This document shows positions 1 to 10,056 of a stretch of 64,000 nucleotides of DNA, in pieces. Where the stretch lies: the NCBI GenBank assembly GCA_965243025.1, contig CBDETY010000003.1, forward strand, positions 6,400,001 through 6,464,000, in the 5' to 3' direction. The notes under the pieces were generated by a model. It saw only the letters and a program-made list of their open reading frames with translations, had not been told where the DNA came from and ran no database searches. Origin of the DNA: Candidatus Latescibacterota bacterium (GTDB lineage Bacteria; Latescibacterota; UBA2968; UBA8231). The translations under genes were made by a program, and so were the position numbers. Each line of letters opens with the position of its first letter. Position 1 is the first letter of the stretch.

Positions 1-1005
<1,005 letters not shown>

Positions 1006-1229
1006 CTACATTGCCATCGGGATCGCCACTCACCCATCAGGGAACACACACGACATAGACGAACACCGGGAGGATCAAGGGCACTCTTGAAGGGATTCTT
1101 GATGCATGGAGTGGACGGTGTTGAACACCGAGCGCGATTGGCGTCGGGTACCGTGGTGAACGAGCACACCGAAAGGGTGCCGTTTCCAGGGCGGAACATT
1201 GAGCTTGCCTGCGTGGCGGGTGGGCGCCG

Positions 1230-2027
1230 GTGACCATCGGGGCAGGAGAAGTTGTCTACGATATCGGCGAGGCCCCCTGTTACGGGGTTGGCCTGCGATG
1301 GTCGGAGGACCAGTTTGAAGCCGCGATGGACGGTAGGGTTGCAGGCGTGCTATTCGATGATGAGGGCAAGGCGAACATCGAGGGAATCCTTGCGGAAGTG
1401 GCCGAGACGAAATTTGCCCAAGACGGCCTTCGACGCGTGCTGGAGGATCCGGATGCGGTCGAGGACTGGCGGGTCGGCGAAGCGATTGCGGAGGCCTATC
1501 TGATAGACCATCGATCGTGCAGCTTTCCCTGGCCGGCCGGTCGGGACGAGAGAAAAAGCGGGTCCAGCCTGCCGGGCGCCGATCTGGTAGGGTTCGGGAG
1601 TGACGACAACGGCGACTGTCTCGCTTTCGGTGAGGTGAAGACATCGAGCGATCCCCGCTACCCTCCAGGAGCGATGTACGGGCGGACCGGATTGAAGCAG
1701 CAATTGGAAGATCTTCGCGACAGCCAGGCAGTCCGCGACGATCTCCTGAAGTATCTCGGTCACCGGGCCGGGTTGGCGCCATGGCGCGCTCGGTTCGAGC
1801 GTGCGGCAAGCAGGTATCTGCAAAATACGTCCGACGTTCAACTCTACGGATTCCTTGTTCGCGACGTGGAACCCCATCGGGATGACTTGAGGGCGCGGGT
1901 CAGTGGTCTTGCGTTGGGTTCCGGGGAGGGAACGCGTATCGAGCTGCTGGCGCTCTACCTGCCACATGAGAGTCTGGATGGCATTGGGGAGGCGATGGTT
2001 CTGAGGCGTTCAGGAGCGGAACGATGA
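1230..2027 (+). CDS. Putative PD-(D/E)xK nuclease, HamA (Hachiman)-like
   Basis: Motifs GEAIAEAYL...LPGADLVGF...LAFGEVKTS (E...D...ExK); stop overlaps the helicase start (ATGA). Confidence 0.65.
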   Translation: MTIGAGEVVYDIGEAPCYGVGLRWSEDQFEAAMDGRVAGVLFDDEGKANIEGILAEVAETKFAQDGLRRVLEDPDAVEDWRVGEAIAEAYLIDHRSCSFPWPAGRDERKSGSSLPGADLVGFGSDDNGDCLAFGEVKTSSDPRYPPGAMYGRTGLKQQLEDLRDSQAVRDDLLKYLGHRAGLAPWRARFERAASRYLQNTSDVQLYGFLVRDVEPHRDDLRARVSGLALGSGEGTRIELLALYLPHESLDGIGEAMVLRRSGAER

Positions 2028-5000
2028 GCCTGTCTTCTGGAGCATTTGAGGCGCTCAACAAACATTGGGCGGTCGCTGCCCTCGGGACCGACGAGTTGGA
2101 GCGTGCGGGGGAACTTGCCGGCCAGCGGCTGGCACAGAGAGCAGTCGGCAGGCAGATCAGCTTTTCCTTCGCGGAAAGCTCTGACGAGGAGCCGTTCCTG
2201 GTGCGAGTGGCGCTCGCTTTCGAGCTCGCCGCGATCGAAGGCTTGGATGAGCTGAGCCGTCCGGCGGGTGAGAACCTTCCCCTCAGGGACCAGGCAGTGG
2301 CGGCTTCGTTCCGTGCCTTCGACATCCGCCGCCTGCTTCCCGTCCCGGAGGAGACGCTGGATCGCCTGTTCTTTGTGCTTCAGCTCTCCGCCATCGCCTA
2401 TTGCGGCGATCGCTGGTCTGACTTGCGACGCTGGTATCGGGAGCAGGGAGAGGCCCTGAAGGCGCCGAGTGTGGCGGATGCGGAATGGGACCGCAGGCTC
2501 CTTTACAGGCTGTTCGATTGCTGGGTCCGGCTTTTCCGCAAGGAGGGCTGGGACGATCTGGATCGCATCCGCGAGATCATATCCGGCCTTCGTGATGACC
2601 AGAAAATCCATGAAGAACGTCGTCTGCAAAACGGTTCGAAGGCGGTGGACCGGGCAATCGCCCTGCGGTTGGCGGCTCTCTACAACTGGGCGAAAGCTAC
2701 GGAGACACTCGCGAGGTACATGCTCCAAGGCGAACCGGGCGATCCGTTCGGCATACTGGACAAGCACTTCGAGGCGGGAATCAAGGCGGCGGCGGCTTCG
2801 GGGGATGCGCAGCACGAGGTGGTGCTGCGGTGGTTGCACGCGACGGCGCGCATCATGGTGACGAATTCGCTCTGGTGGGCGACCCGGACGGTCAATTCGA
2901 AGACCTCGGACTTCGTGCGCTCGCTGACGAAACGCGAGCATCAGGCGATGTTCGAGCTATTGCCGCCACAGCGCGCCGCGCTGCTCGAACAGGGGCTGCT
3001 GGACCAGGCGAAGACCGCGATCGTGGTCGATTTGCCCACCTCTGGCGGGAAGACGCTGCTCGCGCAGTTCCGCATCCTCCAGGCGCTGAACCAGTTCCAG
3101 GTCGACGGGGGATGGGTCGTCTACGTGGCGCCGACCCGTGCGCTGTCGGCGCAGATCACGCGGCGCCTGCGCACGGACTTCGAGCCGATCGGGCTGCGTG
3201 TTGAGCAGTTGACTGCAGCCGTTGAGGTGGACGCCTTCGAGGAAGAGCTACTGGCCGACAGGAACGAGCCGTTCGACATCCTGGTCGCGACGCCCGAGAA
3301 GCTGTCGCTGGTGATTCGAAACAAGAAGGTAGATCGTCCTCTCGCCTTGGTGGTGATGGACGAAGCCCACAATCTGGAGTCGGAAGGTCGGGGCCTGCGG
3401 ATTGAGCTGTTGCTGGCGACCGTAAAGCGGGATTGCCCGCAGGCAAACTTCCTCCTGCTGATGCCGTACGTGGAGGAAGCGGCGTCAGTGGCGCGCTGGC
3501 TTGCGCAGGACATCGACGCGGGGAACGCGATCAGCCTCGGTACGGTTCCGTGGAAGCCGAACGAGCGTATTATCGGCCTTTACCGGGCCGTTGCCGATGA
3601 CAGCGTGCGCGGGGGTTGGCACCTCGATTTCGAGACGCTGACGGCTAGCGAGAAAGCGATGCCCCTTCACGGAACGCACCGCGTGGGAGGTGTAAAGCCG
3701 ATCGACGTGCCAAAGAGCCAGGTGCTTGCGAAGGGCTCACAGAAGGGGCTTGGACTTCAGACGGCGGCGATTGGTGCGGTGATGTCGGCGCGAGGCACGA
3801 GTGTTGCGGTGGCCAACAACATTCACACGGTCTGGAAGATGGCGGGGGAAGCGGCGCGGAGCCTTCCCGAGATGGAGGAAGTGCCGCCGGACATAAGGCT
3901 GGTTCAGGACTTCCTGCGCACCGAGATCAGCGTCGACTTCAGGTTGGTCGGCATGCTCGAGAAGGGCGTGGGCGTGCACCATGCGGGGCTGTCCGATGAT
4001 GTCCGGGCGCTGATGGAGTGGCTTGCGGAGACGGGCAGCCTGCGAATGCTGTGCGCGACGTCGACGATCGCCCAGGGCATCAACTTTCCGGTGTCGTCGG
4101 TCTTTCTGTCCTCGCGCTATGTGCCGCAGGGGACGAGATCGGTGGAGATTGCGCCGCGGGAGTTCTGGAACCTCGCCGGGCGCGCAGGACGGATCGGTCA
4201 CGACAGCGTCGGTGTAGTCGGGCTGTCCGAGGGGACCGATCGCGATGCCTTGATCCAGTTCGTGAGCCGTAACACCGGTGCGCTCGTCTCACGTCTCGTT
4301 GTGCTTCTGGACGAGCTGGCAGCGCAGGGGTCGTTGGCGCAGCTGTCGGATGTGCTCTGGCAGGATCAGTGGGAGGATTTTCGCTGCTACATCGCACATC
4401 TGTGGGCGGAGAAGAAGAACTTGGATGCGGTCCTTGCGGATTCCGAGCAGCTTCTGAGGCAGACCTACGGATATACCTCGATGCGGAACGATCCCCAGCA
4501 GAGACAGAAGGCGGATGCCCTTCTCGATGCGACGCATAGCTACGCGCGCGAGCTCGCCGAAATGCCTCAGGGCATCCCGGAGCTTGCGGATTCCACCGGG
4601 TTTTCGCCGGAAGGTGTCCAGGCCGCAATGGGTGGCATCCGCAATCTGGAGAGCAGGCTCACCGTGTCGGACTGGGCGCCGGAGAGTTTGTTCGGCAGCG
4701 GCGGGAGAATGGCGGACCTGTTCGGGGTCATGTTGAGGGTGCCGCAGCTAAAGCAGGACTTGGTCGAGTTGGGGGGGCAAGGGTTCGACCGGAGCCGGAT
4801 TTCCGAGATCACCAACGACTGGGTGAACGGAAGGGGCCTGGAAGAGATCGCGAGGGAGTATTTCAGCCGCAAGAACGACGACGAAGTGGGCACAGCCGCC
4901 CTGACGGATGCGTGCAGGGCGATCTATCGCACCATCGTCAACAGCGGAACATGGGGTGTTTCGGCGCTGAGTCGGGTGTCGGGGATTGATTTCGACGCGC

Positions 5001-5302
5001 TTTCCGAAGTCGACAAGCGACGGATCAACGCACTTCCCGCCATGATCTATCACGGCGTAAGCAGCGAAGATGCGGTACTCATGCGGATGAATGCCGCCCC
5101 GCGCAGCGCCGCCGAGGCGTTGGGGAGCCTCTACCGGGATGTCACGGATGAGGATGAGGGGCGGTATTCGGTGGGAGCAGCGCGGCGTTTCCTGCAGGGA
5201 CTGGGCGCCGATGAATGGGACGGGGTGAGACCGGAGGACGCGCCGCTGTCCGGCACCGGATATAAGCGGGTCTGGGAGATTCTCTCCGGAGAGGCGAGCT
5301 GA
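2024..5302 (+). CDS. Ski2-like DEAD/DEAH-box helicase with long helical N-terminal domain, HamB-like
   Basis: Walker A PTSGGKT, APTRAL, TPEK, DEAH, HHAGL, TSTIAQGINFP, NLAGRAGR; 1092 aa. Confidence 0.9.
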   Translation: MSLSSGAFEALNKHWAVAALGTDELERAGELAGQRLAQRAVGRQISFSFAESSDEEPFLVRVALAFELAAIEGLDELSRPAGENLPLRDQAVAASFRAFDIRRLLPVPEETLDRLFFVLQLSAIAYCGDRWSDLRRWYREQGEALKAPSVADAEWDRRLLYRLFDCWVRLFRKEGWDDLDRIREIISGLRDDQKIHEERRLQNGSKAVDRAIALRLAALYNWAKATETLARYMLQGEPGDPFGILDKHFEAGIKAAAASGDAQHEVVLRWLHATARIMVTNSLWWATRTVNSKTSDFVRSLTKREHQAMFELLPPQRAALLEQGLLDQAKTAIVVDLPTSGGKTLLAQFRILQALNQFQVDGGWVVYVAPTRALSAQITRRLRTDFEPIGLRVEQLTAAVEVDAFEEELLADRNEPFDILVATPEKLSLVIRNKKVDRPLALVVMDEAHNLESEGRGLRIELLLATVKRDCPQANFLLLMPYVEEAASVARWLAQDIDAGNAISLGTVPWKPNERIIGLYRAVADDSVRGGWHLDFETLTASEKAMPLHGTHRVGGVKPIDVPKSQVLAKGSQKGLGLQTAAIGAVMSARGTSVAVANNIHTVWKMAGEAARSLPEMEEVPPDIRLVQDFLRTEISVDFRLVGMLEKGVGVHHAGLSDDVRALMEWLAETGSLRMLCATSTIAQGINFPVSSVFLSSRYVPQGTRSVEIAPREFWNLAGRAGRIGHDSVGVVGLSEGTDRDALIQFVSRNTGALVSRLVVLLDELAAQGSLAQLSDVLWQDQWEDFRCYIAHLWAEKKNLDAVLADSEQLLRQTYGYTSMRNDPQQRQKADALLDATHSYARELAEMPQGIPELADSTGFSPEGVQAAMGGIRNLESRLTVSDWAPESLFGSGGRMADLFGVMLRVPQLKQDLVELGGQGFDRSRISEITNDWVNGRGLEEIAREYFSRKNDDEVGTAALTDACRAIYRTIVNSGTWGVSALSRVSGIDFDALSEVDKRRINALPAMIYHGVSSEDAVLMRMNAAPRSAAEALGSLYRDVTDEDEGRYSVGAARRFLQGLGADEWDGVRPEDAPLSGTGYKRVWEILSGEAS

Positions 5303-5312
5303 CGTAACCAAT

Positions 5313-5633
5313 TTGGCATGGAGGTCAATACCCCTGGCTGCCCTTGAAACAACCCTGGTCGATGTCTCCGACCTGGTCCGTTCCGCCCTCCCTGAATTCC
5401 TCGGCGACGGCATAGCCATAGCCGACGCATACTCAGAATTCCTGCCAGGACCTGACGGCGATGACTATATCAGAACTACAGTGGTCCTGGAGGATGATCA
5501 CCCTGAACTCGATGCACGAACCCTGAATAAGTTCTCTCTGCACATCGCGGCGCTCTGCATGCAAGGAGGCTTTGACCGACCGACCATCGCCTACGCCGAC
5601 AGAAGCGAGGTTCCGGGCGAAGGTCCGGTATGA
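5313..5633 (+). CDS. Hypothetical protein, possibly MNT-like antitoxin of a HEPN pair
   Basis: About 100 aa, acidic (GPDGDDYIRTTVVLED); GGAGGT at 5320 suggests a slightly later start; stop overlaps an ATG (5630) that begins a HEPN-like remnant. Confidence 0.45.
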   Translation: MAWRSIPLAALETTLVDVSDLVRSALPEFLGDGIAIADAYSEFLPGPDGDDYIRTTVVLEDDHPELDARTLNKFSLHIAALCMQGGFDRPTIAYADRSEVPGEGPV

Positions 5634-5778
5634 CTGCCAGCAACACCCAACCAGACTTCACCCCCCGGTGTCGTATAGACCGGCAAACCAAGCCGAAGCA
5701 GCAATCACCGGCTTCTTTCAAACTGGCCAAAGCGAACGCGTCGCCATAGCCACACTCACCCTGTTCAGAACACGGTAG
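5630..5778 (+). pseudogene. Remnant of a HEPN-like toxin gene (C-terminal helix only)
   Basis: Coupled ATG at 5630, then out-of-frame AEAAITGFFQTGQSERVAIATLTLFRTR*, resembling C-termini of small HEPN proteins; most of the gene is missing. Confidence 0.35.
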
Positions 5779-5889
5779 ACCCGGAAGCCCCGGGGTGCTG
5801 GAAATCGCGTGACTCCCTCGTTGCCTCACAAGCGCGAAACCAACCATCCGCAGAAATCGGACCACCCCATCACCCGGCATTCTGTTCAC
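5764..5889 (-). pseudogene. hicA: Truncated HicA mRNA interferase toxin
   Basis: GTG overlaps hicB stop; MNRMPGDGVVRFLRMVGFALVRQRGSHAI has the HicA GF..VRQ.GSH motif, then frameshifts and loses similarity after about 40 codons. Confidence 0.75.
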
Positions 5890-6107
5890 AACGATATTCT
5901 TTGAATCCCTACCAGCTCAAGCTGACTCGGGGCGTCTTCGCCCTCACCTCCCTCGACTTCAAGCCAGAGGGCGATCGCCTCCTCCATCCGTTCGATCAGC
6001 TGATCAATTGACGTTCCCTGGGTATGACAGCCCGGTAGACCGGGAACGCTCCCAACGAAAAAACCGTCTTCATCTTTCTCGATTACGACAGTGTATTCAG
6101 AGCTCAT
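5886..6107 (-). CDS. hicB: HicB family antitoxin
   Basis: YTVVIEKDEDGFFVGSVPGLPGCHTQGTSIDQLIERMEEAIALWLE is a classic HicB fold sequence; GGGAG RBS. Confidence 0.92.
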   Translation of the reverse strand: MSSEYTVVIEKDEDGFFVGSVPGLPGCHTQGTSIDQLIERMEEAIALWLEVEGGEGEDAPSQLELVGIQRISL

Positions 6108-6159
6108 CGGAATCTCCCATTAGTACAGAACACGGACAGATCGGGGCGGCCACCACAGG

Positions 6160-7152
6160 TCACTCACCGACCATGGCAGCAGCAAGACGCTCCATGAGCT
6201 CATCGTCCGCCGGCATCAGACCAGAGGCCGGCAAACGCCGCAGCAGGTCGACCCTGCGGTCGTTCTGCGCCTGCGCCCGTTGCAGGTAGGGCACCGCTTC
6301 CTCCTCGCGTCCCTCGGAAACCAGGGTCACACCCACCCAGAACGGAGCCTCGCCCCCCGTTGCCTCATCGGGCACCAGTTCGGCCTTGGCGCGGTAGGCA
6401 TCCATGGCCGCCTCCATGTCCCCCGCGGCCACCAGTTCGTCCCCCTCGTTGAGCTTGTGGTAGGCGCGCGCCAGGCGCACCAGGCGGCGCAGTTCCTTCA
6501 CTGGCTCGGGATGATCCTCCACGCGCAGGTCGAACACGCGGTCCACCCACGGCCGGCCCGTATCCTCGGCGGAGACCACGAGGATGGCCGCCGACTGCCG
6601 GCCGCGCAGGTCGCCTCCCTCGGCCTCTGCGGCTTCCAGGGCCGCGAGCAGCCGCTCGGCCAGATCCCCCTCGGCATTTTCGTAGGCGTTCGCCATGGCC
6701 GGCCACACGCTGTCCCCGTCCATCAGGTTCGCCTGAACGCTGTACTGGGCACCGGCTTGGTGGCCGGCCGCGGCAATGGCGCGCTCCCCCGTGTGAACGG
6801 CCACGTTCCCCTCGGCATCGACCATGGCCACCTGCCGCACCGCAGCGTCGGCATCCCCGGCGAGCAGGGAGGTGAGCGCCTCCTGGGCGGTCTTGCCCAT
6901 GGCCATTAGTTCGAGGCCGAGCGGGCCGTAGGCCGGGTCGACGAGGGACTGGGTAGCCACGGCGCCGACGCCGGGACGGGCCCACGGAACGATGGGACCC
7001 ACGGAAAACCAGTGGGACTGGACGGCCACGCCGAGCTGTCCGCTGAGGGAGTCCCGGGCGACGATGGAATAAGTGGCCACGGGCCGCCGCCAGTCGGGTG
7101 CGTCGGCCGCAGCCAGCTGTGCCGCGGCGAGAATCAGGATGAGTAGGCGCAT
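6160..7152 (-). CDS. DUF1028 (Ntn-hydrolase-like) secreted protein with C-terminal TPR-like region
   Basis: Signal peptide MRLLILILAAAQLAAA; TYSIVARD...GVAVQSH..VG..VPWA.PGVGAVATQS; GGDLRGRQSAA; DLRVEDHPEP. Confidence 0.9.
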   Translation of the reverse strand: MRLLILILAAAQLAAADAPDWRRPVATYSIVARDSLSGQLGVAVQSHWFSVGPIVPWARPGVGAVATQSLVDPAYGPLGLELMAMGKTAQEALTSLLAGDADAAVRQVAMVDAEGNVAVHTGERAIAAAGHQAGAQYSVQANLMDGDSVWPAMANAYENAEGDLAERLLAALEAAEAEGGDLRGRQSAAILVVSAEDTGRPWVDRVFDLRVEDHPEPVKELRRLVRLARAYHKLNEGDELVAAGDMEAAMDAYRAKAELVPDEATGGEAPFWVGVTLVSEGREEEAVPYLQRAQAQNDRRVDLLRRLPASGLMPADDELMERLAAAMVGE

Positions 7153-7258
7153 GGTTCCTCCAATGGATGATTGATAGGCCGTCCGCTCCAGCGATACAGC
7201 GAGACGCAATACTGGCCATGGCTGAGATGCCGGCTTGTGCTCTTAGCAAACCGTATCT

Positions 7259-7302
7259 TTGCACGGGTGTCAGTTAACACCATAATTTTCTGACAATTGT
7301 CA
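7259..7302 (+). promoter_or_regulatory. Sigma70-type promoter with palindromic operators for the AbiE operon
   Basis: TTGCAC (7259) N16 CATAAT (7281); inverted repeat GGTGT-N6-ACACC in the spacer; perfect palindrome TGACAATTGTCA at 7291-7302. Confidence 0.6.
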
Positions 7303-7316
7303 AAAAGGAAAAATCC

Positions 7317-7913
7317 GTGCGAAGCCTTCCATCTCAGATCATGAGCCACGCTGCCGAGTCGCCGGAGGGCACATTGCTGTGCCCAAGTGCGTTGTTGCAT
7401 CTGGGAAGCAGAGCCGCCGTCGACCAGGCGCTGTCCCGTCTTTCCCGCAAGGGAGAACTCATCCGAGTCTGCCAGGGGATTTACGTGCAGCCCATACAGA
7501 CCCGCTTCGGTCCACGTCCGCCTGCCGTCGAAAAAGTGATTGCATCGCTGGCCGAACTCTGGGGCGAGACGATTGTATCTTGCGGCGGCGCAGCGGCCAA
7601 CGCCCTTGGACTGACAACGCAGGTGCCGGTGCGGTCGGTTTACCTGACCTCCGGACGCAGCCGCAAGCTGAGGTTCGGTGAGTTGAGCGTGGAGCTGCGC
7701 CATGCACCCCGCTGGCAGTTGGCAGCGCCTCATCGGCCGGCCGGGGAAGTAGTGCGCGCACTGTCCTGGCTGGGTCCCGATGAGGTGGAGGTTGGCCTGG
7801 AAATGATAGGTAGCAAGCTCTCCGCGGAGGACCTTCAGGAATTGGCTGCATCGCGTGCTGTAATGCCTGCCTGGGTAGCAGGGCCCGTGAGCGCACTGGT
7901 GGCCAATGGCTGA
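7317..7913 (+). CDS. abiEi: Type IV TA antitoxin, AbiEi/DUF6088 family
   Basis: wHTH-like N-terminus AAVDQALSRLSRKGELIRVCQGIY; GAAAANALGLTTQVP..VYLTSG; overlaps the abiEii start. Confidence 0.88.
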   Translation: MRSLPSQIMSHAAESPEGTLLCPSALLHLGSRAAVDQALSRLSRKGELIRVCQGIYVQPIQTRFGPRPPAVEKVIASLAELWGETIVSCGGAAANALGLTTQVPVRSVYLTSGRSRKLRFGELSVELRHAPRWQLAAPHRPAGEVVRALSWLGPDEVEVGLEMIGSKLSAEDLQELAASRAVMPAWVAGPVSALVANG

Positions 7914-7915
7914 CA
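7583..7915 (+). repeat. Direct repeat A, copy 1 (3' 333 bp of abiEi plus ATGGCTGACA)
   Basis: Matches 9132-9464 with about 7 substitutions by manual comparison. Confidence 0.95.
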
Positions 7916-8922
7916 CGTCGTTTCAGTTACTCTCGCTCGAAGACCAACGGGATGCCCTGGGGGTGGCCGCCAGTCGCAGCGGAAGACGAGCACATCTCCT
8001 GGAGAAGGACATATGGGTGGTTCACACCTTGAGTGCTCTTTTGAAGAGCCCTTTTGGTGGGGCCTTGACGTTCAAGGGAGGAACTTCTCTCGCCAAGGCA
8101 TATCAAGTTATTCGTCGATTCTCGGAAGACCTCGACATCACCCATGACATCCGAACCATTGCTCCTGACTTGGTGGATAGAGGCGGGAGAGACGCTTTGC
8201 CATCCACGCGCAGCCAGGAGCAAAACTGGACGCGGGAAATAAGGAAGCGCCTGGCCGAATGGGTAGTAGAACATGCCCGTCCCACCATCGAGACTAACCT
8301 GTCGAAATCGGGCCTGTCGGCACGGGTGCGATCTGACCGGGACCGGATATTCGTTGGATATGAGCCGTTGTTCTCTGACTACGGCTTCGTCAGGCCGGAG
8401 GTAATGCTGGAGTTTGGGGCACGCTCGACAGGAGAGCCCCGCGAGGAGCGTACGATCGAGTGCGATGCGGCACCTTACATATCTGACGTGGCGTTCCCCA
8501 CAGTTCAAGCCCTGGTCATGTTGGCGGAGCGCACGTTCTGGGAGAAAGCTACCGCCATGCACGTCTTCTGTCGCCAGCAACGAGGACGCGGGAGGCGACT
8601 CTCTCGCCACTGGTATGACATGGTTCGACTGGATGACGCCGGCTTTTGCCAGACCGCGCTTGGCGACCGTACGCTGGCCCAAGCGGTAGCGAGGCACAAG
8701 GCGATGTTCTTCCGGGAAAAGGACGCCTCGGGGTGTTGGATCGACTACGAGGCGGCAGTAGCGGGTGGATTGCAGTTGGTGCCCCATGGCTTGGCTTACG
8801 AGGCACTGGCCGACGACTACGCGAGGATGCTCAGGGATGGGATGTTACTCGACGACGAAGAGCAATTCGCCGACTTGATGGAAAGAGTTGGCGAAATCGA
8901 GGGGAGGGCGAATCAAAAGTGA
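7906..8922 (+). CDS. abiEii: Type IV TA toxin, AbiEii/AbiGii nucleotidyltransferase
   Basis: EKD.WV, FKGGTSL.K....I.RFSEDLD, ERTFWEK, SRHWYD motifs all intact. Confidence 0.93.
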   Translation: MADTSFQLLSLEDQRDALGVAASRSGRRAHLLEKDIWVVHTLSALLKSPFGGALTFKGGTSLAKAYQVIRRFSEDLDITHDIRTIAPDLVDRGGRDALPSTRSQEQNWTREIRKRLAEWVVEHARPTIETNLSKSGLSARVRSDRDRIFVGYEPLFSDYGFVRPEVMLEFGARSTGEPREERTIECDAAPYISDVAFPTVQALVMLAERTFWEKATAMHVFCRQQRGRGRRLSRHWYDMVRLDDAGFCQTALGDRTLAQAVARHKAMFFREKDASGCWIDYEAAVAGGLQLVPHGLAYEALADDYARMLRDGMLLDDEEQFADLMERVGEIEGRANQK

Positions 8923-9131
8923 GCATTCCTGACACAAAGACATCTCGGCTCTAAGCATCATCCATGCTCGGGGGAGCAGGTTGCCATACGTCATGGGGTT
9001 GGTGCGCCAGGCCTTTGAGAAGCAAATGGGGAATGTAGTGGTCCAAGAGTTAGCAGTTCCCCATGTGCTTGCGGGACAACCCTATACATAAAACCGCGAG
9101 TCTTCATGCACGATCCTCCGCGGCGCGAGTT

Positions 9132-9464
9132 CGGCGGCGCAGCGGCCAACGCCCTTGGACTGACAACGCAGGTGCCGGTGCGGTCGGTTTACCTGACCTC
9201 CGGACGCAGCCGCAAGCTGAGGCTCGGTGAGTTGAGGGTGGAGCTGCGCCATGCACCTCGCTGGCAGTTGGCAGCGCCTCATCGGCCGGCCGGGGAAGTA
9301 GTGCGCGCACTGTCCTGGCTGGGTCCTGATGAGGTGGAGGTTGGCTTGGAAATGATAGGTGACAAGCTCTCCGCGGAGGACCTTCAGGAATTGGCTGCAT
9401 CGCGTGCTGTAATGCCTGCCTGGGTAGCAGGGCCCGTGAGCGCACTGGTGGCCAATGGCTGACA
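9132..9464 (+). pseudogene. Direct repeat A, copy 2: 5'-truncated duplicate of abiEi
   Basis: Near-identical to 7583-7915 and lacks the N-terminal HTH half; its overlapping ATG (9456) begins the first 64 nt of the VOC gene rather than abiEii. Confidence 0.9.
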
Positions 9465-9519
9465 AGTACCGGCACGGAACCCCGTGCTGGGTTGATCTGG
9501 CGACAACTGATTTGGTTGG
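9406..9519 (+). repeat. Direct repeat B, copy 1 (abiEi 3' end fused to VOC gene 5' end)
   Basis: 114 bp matching 12060-12173 with about 5 substitutions. Confidence 0.93.
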
Positions 9520-9579
9520 CCCCAATATCCCGACTCGAGCTGATTTCACCGCCCGCGGACCGGGGGTGCGCACATCTCT

Positions 9580-9607
9580 TTGAAAATACTTACCCCCTAA
9601 GCATATT
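9580..9607 (+). promoter_or_regulatory. Promoter with overlapping imperfect palindrome, probably leaderless transcript
   Basis: TTGAAA (9580) N16 CATATT (9602); ATACTTA-CCCCC-TAAGCAT inverted repeat at 9586-9604; ATG at 9614 without RBS. Confidence 0.5.
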
Positions 9608-9613
9608 CACAGC

Positions 9614-10054
9614 ATGGACCTGCCCGATGAAGTCAGGAAGGAGTTCCGGCGTTACGGCCGGAAGGGTGGCCTGAAGCGTGCCCGTGCTCTGACCCCTGCC
9701 GCGAAGAAAGCGGTCGCCCGTCGAGCCGCGGTCGCCCGATGGACGCGCGCGCGTTTTGGCGCGTCGAGCTTCGCTGCGCTGGGTCTTCCAGGCGGCGACA
9801 TCGTCGACTCCGGACTGGCGGACCTGGCGGCCGGCGAGACGACGGTGGAGAGCTCGCTGGTGTCGCTGGCGGCACCCCGGCTGCGCCGGGAGGGGGTGCC
9901 GCTGGCAGAGGTGCAACCGGATCCCGAGGACCGCCTCTATGCGCTGCTCTGCGAATCCGCGGGCGATCTGGCTCACGCCCGTTACACGGCCTGCCTGCGC
10001 CAGATCGCGTCGTTCGCAGACGCCTGCCGACGGGCTCGCCGGGGTGGCGGCTGA
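9614..10054 (+). CDS. Hypothetical protein with basic GRKGG...ARRAAVARW N-terminus; putative antitoxin/regulator of the DUF6036 gene
   Basis: Coding-like codon usage, own promoter, ends 2 nt before a nucleotidyltransferase gene. Confidence 0.7.
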   Translation: MDLPDEVRKEFRRYGRKGGLKRARALTPAAKKAVARRAAVARWTRARFGASSFAALGLPGGDIVDSGLADLAAGETTVESSLVSLAAPRLRREGVPLAEVQPDPEDRLYALLCESAGDLAHARYTACLRQIASFADACRRARRGGG

Positions 10055-10056
10055 AC

